Positions 61,941 through 64,000 of a stretch of DNA of 64,000 nt are shown in pieces. The position numbers and the translations under genes were made by a program. Location of the stretch: assembly GCA_002269645.1 (NCBI GenBank), contig NIVC01001190.1:276428-340427 (forward strand). The letters are read 5' to 3'. This DNA comes from Macrostomum lignano. Taxonomy: Eukaryota. Under the pieces are notes generated by a model. That model searched no databases. It was not told where the DNA came from and was given only the letters and a program-made list of their open reading frames with translations. The first letter of the stretch is position 1. Each line of letters starts with the position of its first letter.

Positions 61941-62973
61941 ATGACAGATCAGAACCTTAAAAAACTCTACTACAGCGACAAAGGATTCTTTGTAGGCAAA
62001 AATGCCGTTAGTAAACTCATGTTGCTGAGTAAGGAACCAAAAGCTACAGTAGAAAAATGGCTTTCTAAGCAGGCTGTCTTTCAAGTCTATTTCCCACCAG
62101 TAAAATTTGAAAGGCCCCATTTCAGTATTTATAAACCTAATGAGGCGCACCAAGCAGATCTTCTGTTTCTCCCCAATGACTCGGGCTACAAGTATGCTCT
62201 CACAATTACAGACGTTGCTTCCAGATATAAGGAAGCTCGCCCAAGACGAAGAAGTCAGAGGTTGTTGCCAGCGCACTGCAAGATATTTATAAAAACTCTC
62301 CGCTCACATACCCCAAATCTTTATGACCGACCCGGGTAAGGAATTCATGGGTGCAGTCAAATCCCTTATGGAAAAGAAAAATACAGAGATTCGCTATGGC
62401 AGAACTGAGCTCCACAGAGACCAGGCTTTTGTGGAAAGATTCAATCTAACTCTAGCCAAGAGACTATTCACTAAGCAGACAGCGCAAGAACTCAAACTAA
62501 AAAGTGGCCAATACTATACCAAGTGGACAGAAAGACTCCCCACTGTTATAGAGCAACTGAACAATGAAGTCACGCGCATGACTGGATTGAAACCGTCCCA
62601 TGCAATTAAACAAGACACTGTCGAACTTAAGGCATCTCATAGAACAGACAACAACACGACAACCTCACACAACACGCACAACACAAAACACACCTCGAAC
62701 TACCCTAAGCTTCCAGGAGTTGAATCACCATACATACTGACAAACTCTGAGTTTCTACGCTTTTTATATCTACCTGGAGAGCTAGAGAAGGACACCAAAA
62801 GAAGAGCTACAGATCCATACTTCAGCCTTGATGTACATAAAATAGACAGACATTTTACCTCCGACTCCGGTGACTATTACTTTTTATCTCAGGCCTTTAA
62901 CCCTAAATCCCCCACGCGGTCATTCACTAGAGCTGAACTCCTAGTGATACCAGCTGACACAGAAATTAATTAA
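61941..62973 (+). pseudogene. Polinton integrase, copy 2 (frameshifted)
   Basis: Deletions near 62240 and 62310 split it into ORFs 61941-62339 and 62323-62973. Confidence 0.9.
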
Positions 62974-62991
62974 AATATTAAAATAAAAAAA

Positions 62992-63438
62992 ATGACAAAG
63001 ATTGAAACCAGAACCATCAATAAACTCAATAAAATCATTGAATCAAAGAAACCAGGTCTTATATCAATTAAAGGTGCCAAAGTAAAAATCGATCCCACAC
63101 AGCAAATAGTTCAATGTAATGAGCAAAGACACAGCATCACAGATGAAAAGTCAGGAGGAATCCTACCATTAGCAGCTCTTATCCCAATCATTGCAGGCGC
63201 TGTAAGTGCCGCAGGTGGTGTAGCTGGAGGTGTAGCAACTGCTGTTAAAGCTGGTAATGACAGAGCCCACCAGCTAGAATTACAAAAGATTGCAAGAGAC
63301 AAAGGTATAACAATTAAGGCAGGAGAGGGCTGCCCCGATCGTGATGATTGTGAGCATGAAAATTCTGTAAGCAAGTCTGACATTGTCAAAGCCATCATGA
63401 CACTGCACAATGCTGGGTTTACAATAATGCGCATGTGA
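62992..63438 (+). CDS. pX-like core protein, copy 2 (intact, 148 aa)
   Basis: Same sequence as 34088 but with an unbroken C-terminus, IMTLHNAGFTIMRM. Confidence 0.75.
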   Translation: MTKIETRTINKLNKIIESKKPGLISIKGAKVKIDPTQQIVQCNEQRHSITDEKSGGILPLAALIPIIAGAVSAAGGVAGGVATAVKAGNDRAHQLELQKIARDKGITIKAGEGCPDRDDCEHENSVSKSDIVKAIMTLHNAGFTIMRM

Positions 63439-63582
63439 ATGTGAATGTGAAAGTGATGAGGTTTAAAACCCCACTTTATCCAGCTTCATTAACCTAGCGC
63501 TACTTATAGGATGTAGAAACAGTTCAACTTTTCTATCAGGGTGGTCACCTCAAATCAAATTTTTTTTATTTTAGAGAAAAAA

Positions 63583-64000
63583 ATGCCAAAAGCTAATCCA
63601 GCAAAAGATTTAGTCAACAAATATTTTTCGTCTCATTTACCCTACCCTACAACCTTAAAAGGCGTCTCATTTCAAGACAAAAGTAATTTACTAAGAGAAG
63701 CATGTAAACAAAAGTTTAACACCGACCCTGGTCACCTGGGAAGCTATGAAAAACAGCTGGAAATCATCAATCAATTAGAATTCAACCAGTATGCGCCTAT
63801 AAAAAATCCTGCAAAGGAACACCAAGAGAGGAGTCGCAACTTAGTTAACAAATACGAAACTCTCACTGGTGAAAAAGCAAAGTACCACAGAATAAGCAGG
63901 AACAAGAGAAATTAGAGCAATTAATCATTTAAAAGAGTCGGAGCTTGCCATTGAAGAGATTAATTTTGCACAGAGGAAGTTTACAGAACATTACATAGAG
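63583..64000 (+). pseudogene. pPolB N-terminus, copy 2 (partial, with a frameshift)
   Basis: MPKANPAKDL... homologous to 34657 onward. Confidence 0.8.

Larger units (their letters stand above)
60423..64000. mobile_element. Second Polinton copy (rearranged), continuing past the window end
   Basis: Begins AGTAGAAGGCATGAGGGGG. TIR, then the inverted right-end ORF and penton tail, then PLA2, integrase, pX-like and the start of PolB, all very similar to copy 1. Confidence 0.95.

Overview
Eukaryotic (animal) genomic DNA, very rich in repeats. The minisatellite-filled introns and gene style suggest a free-living flatworm such as Macrostomum, but this is inference only. Host genes: an intronless MATH-BTB gene; a 4-exon secreted single-laminin-G protein; four paralogous 4-exon secreted PAN/apple + fibrinogen-C (FReD) genes; and the terminal exon of a CC2D1/lgd-like gene on the minus strand. 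The main feature is a full-length ~16-kb Polinton/Maverick (adintovirus-like endogenous virus) at 30034-46000. It has ~370-bp TIRs and a near-perfect 6-bp TSD, and encodes PLA2, integrase, a pX-like protein, pPolB, an adenain-like protease, a 2-TM protein with PTAP/PSAP motifs, a packaging ATPase and major and minor capsid proteins. A second, rearranged copy starts at 60423, nested in a Copia element that is itself nested in a piggyBac. Two adjacent Harbinger elements (one carrying P-like and hAT transposase fragments), a tRNA-derived SINE and more than a dozen tandem repeats fill the rest. Splice junctions, repeat units and identities were read by eye; no alignment or database search was run.
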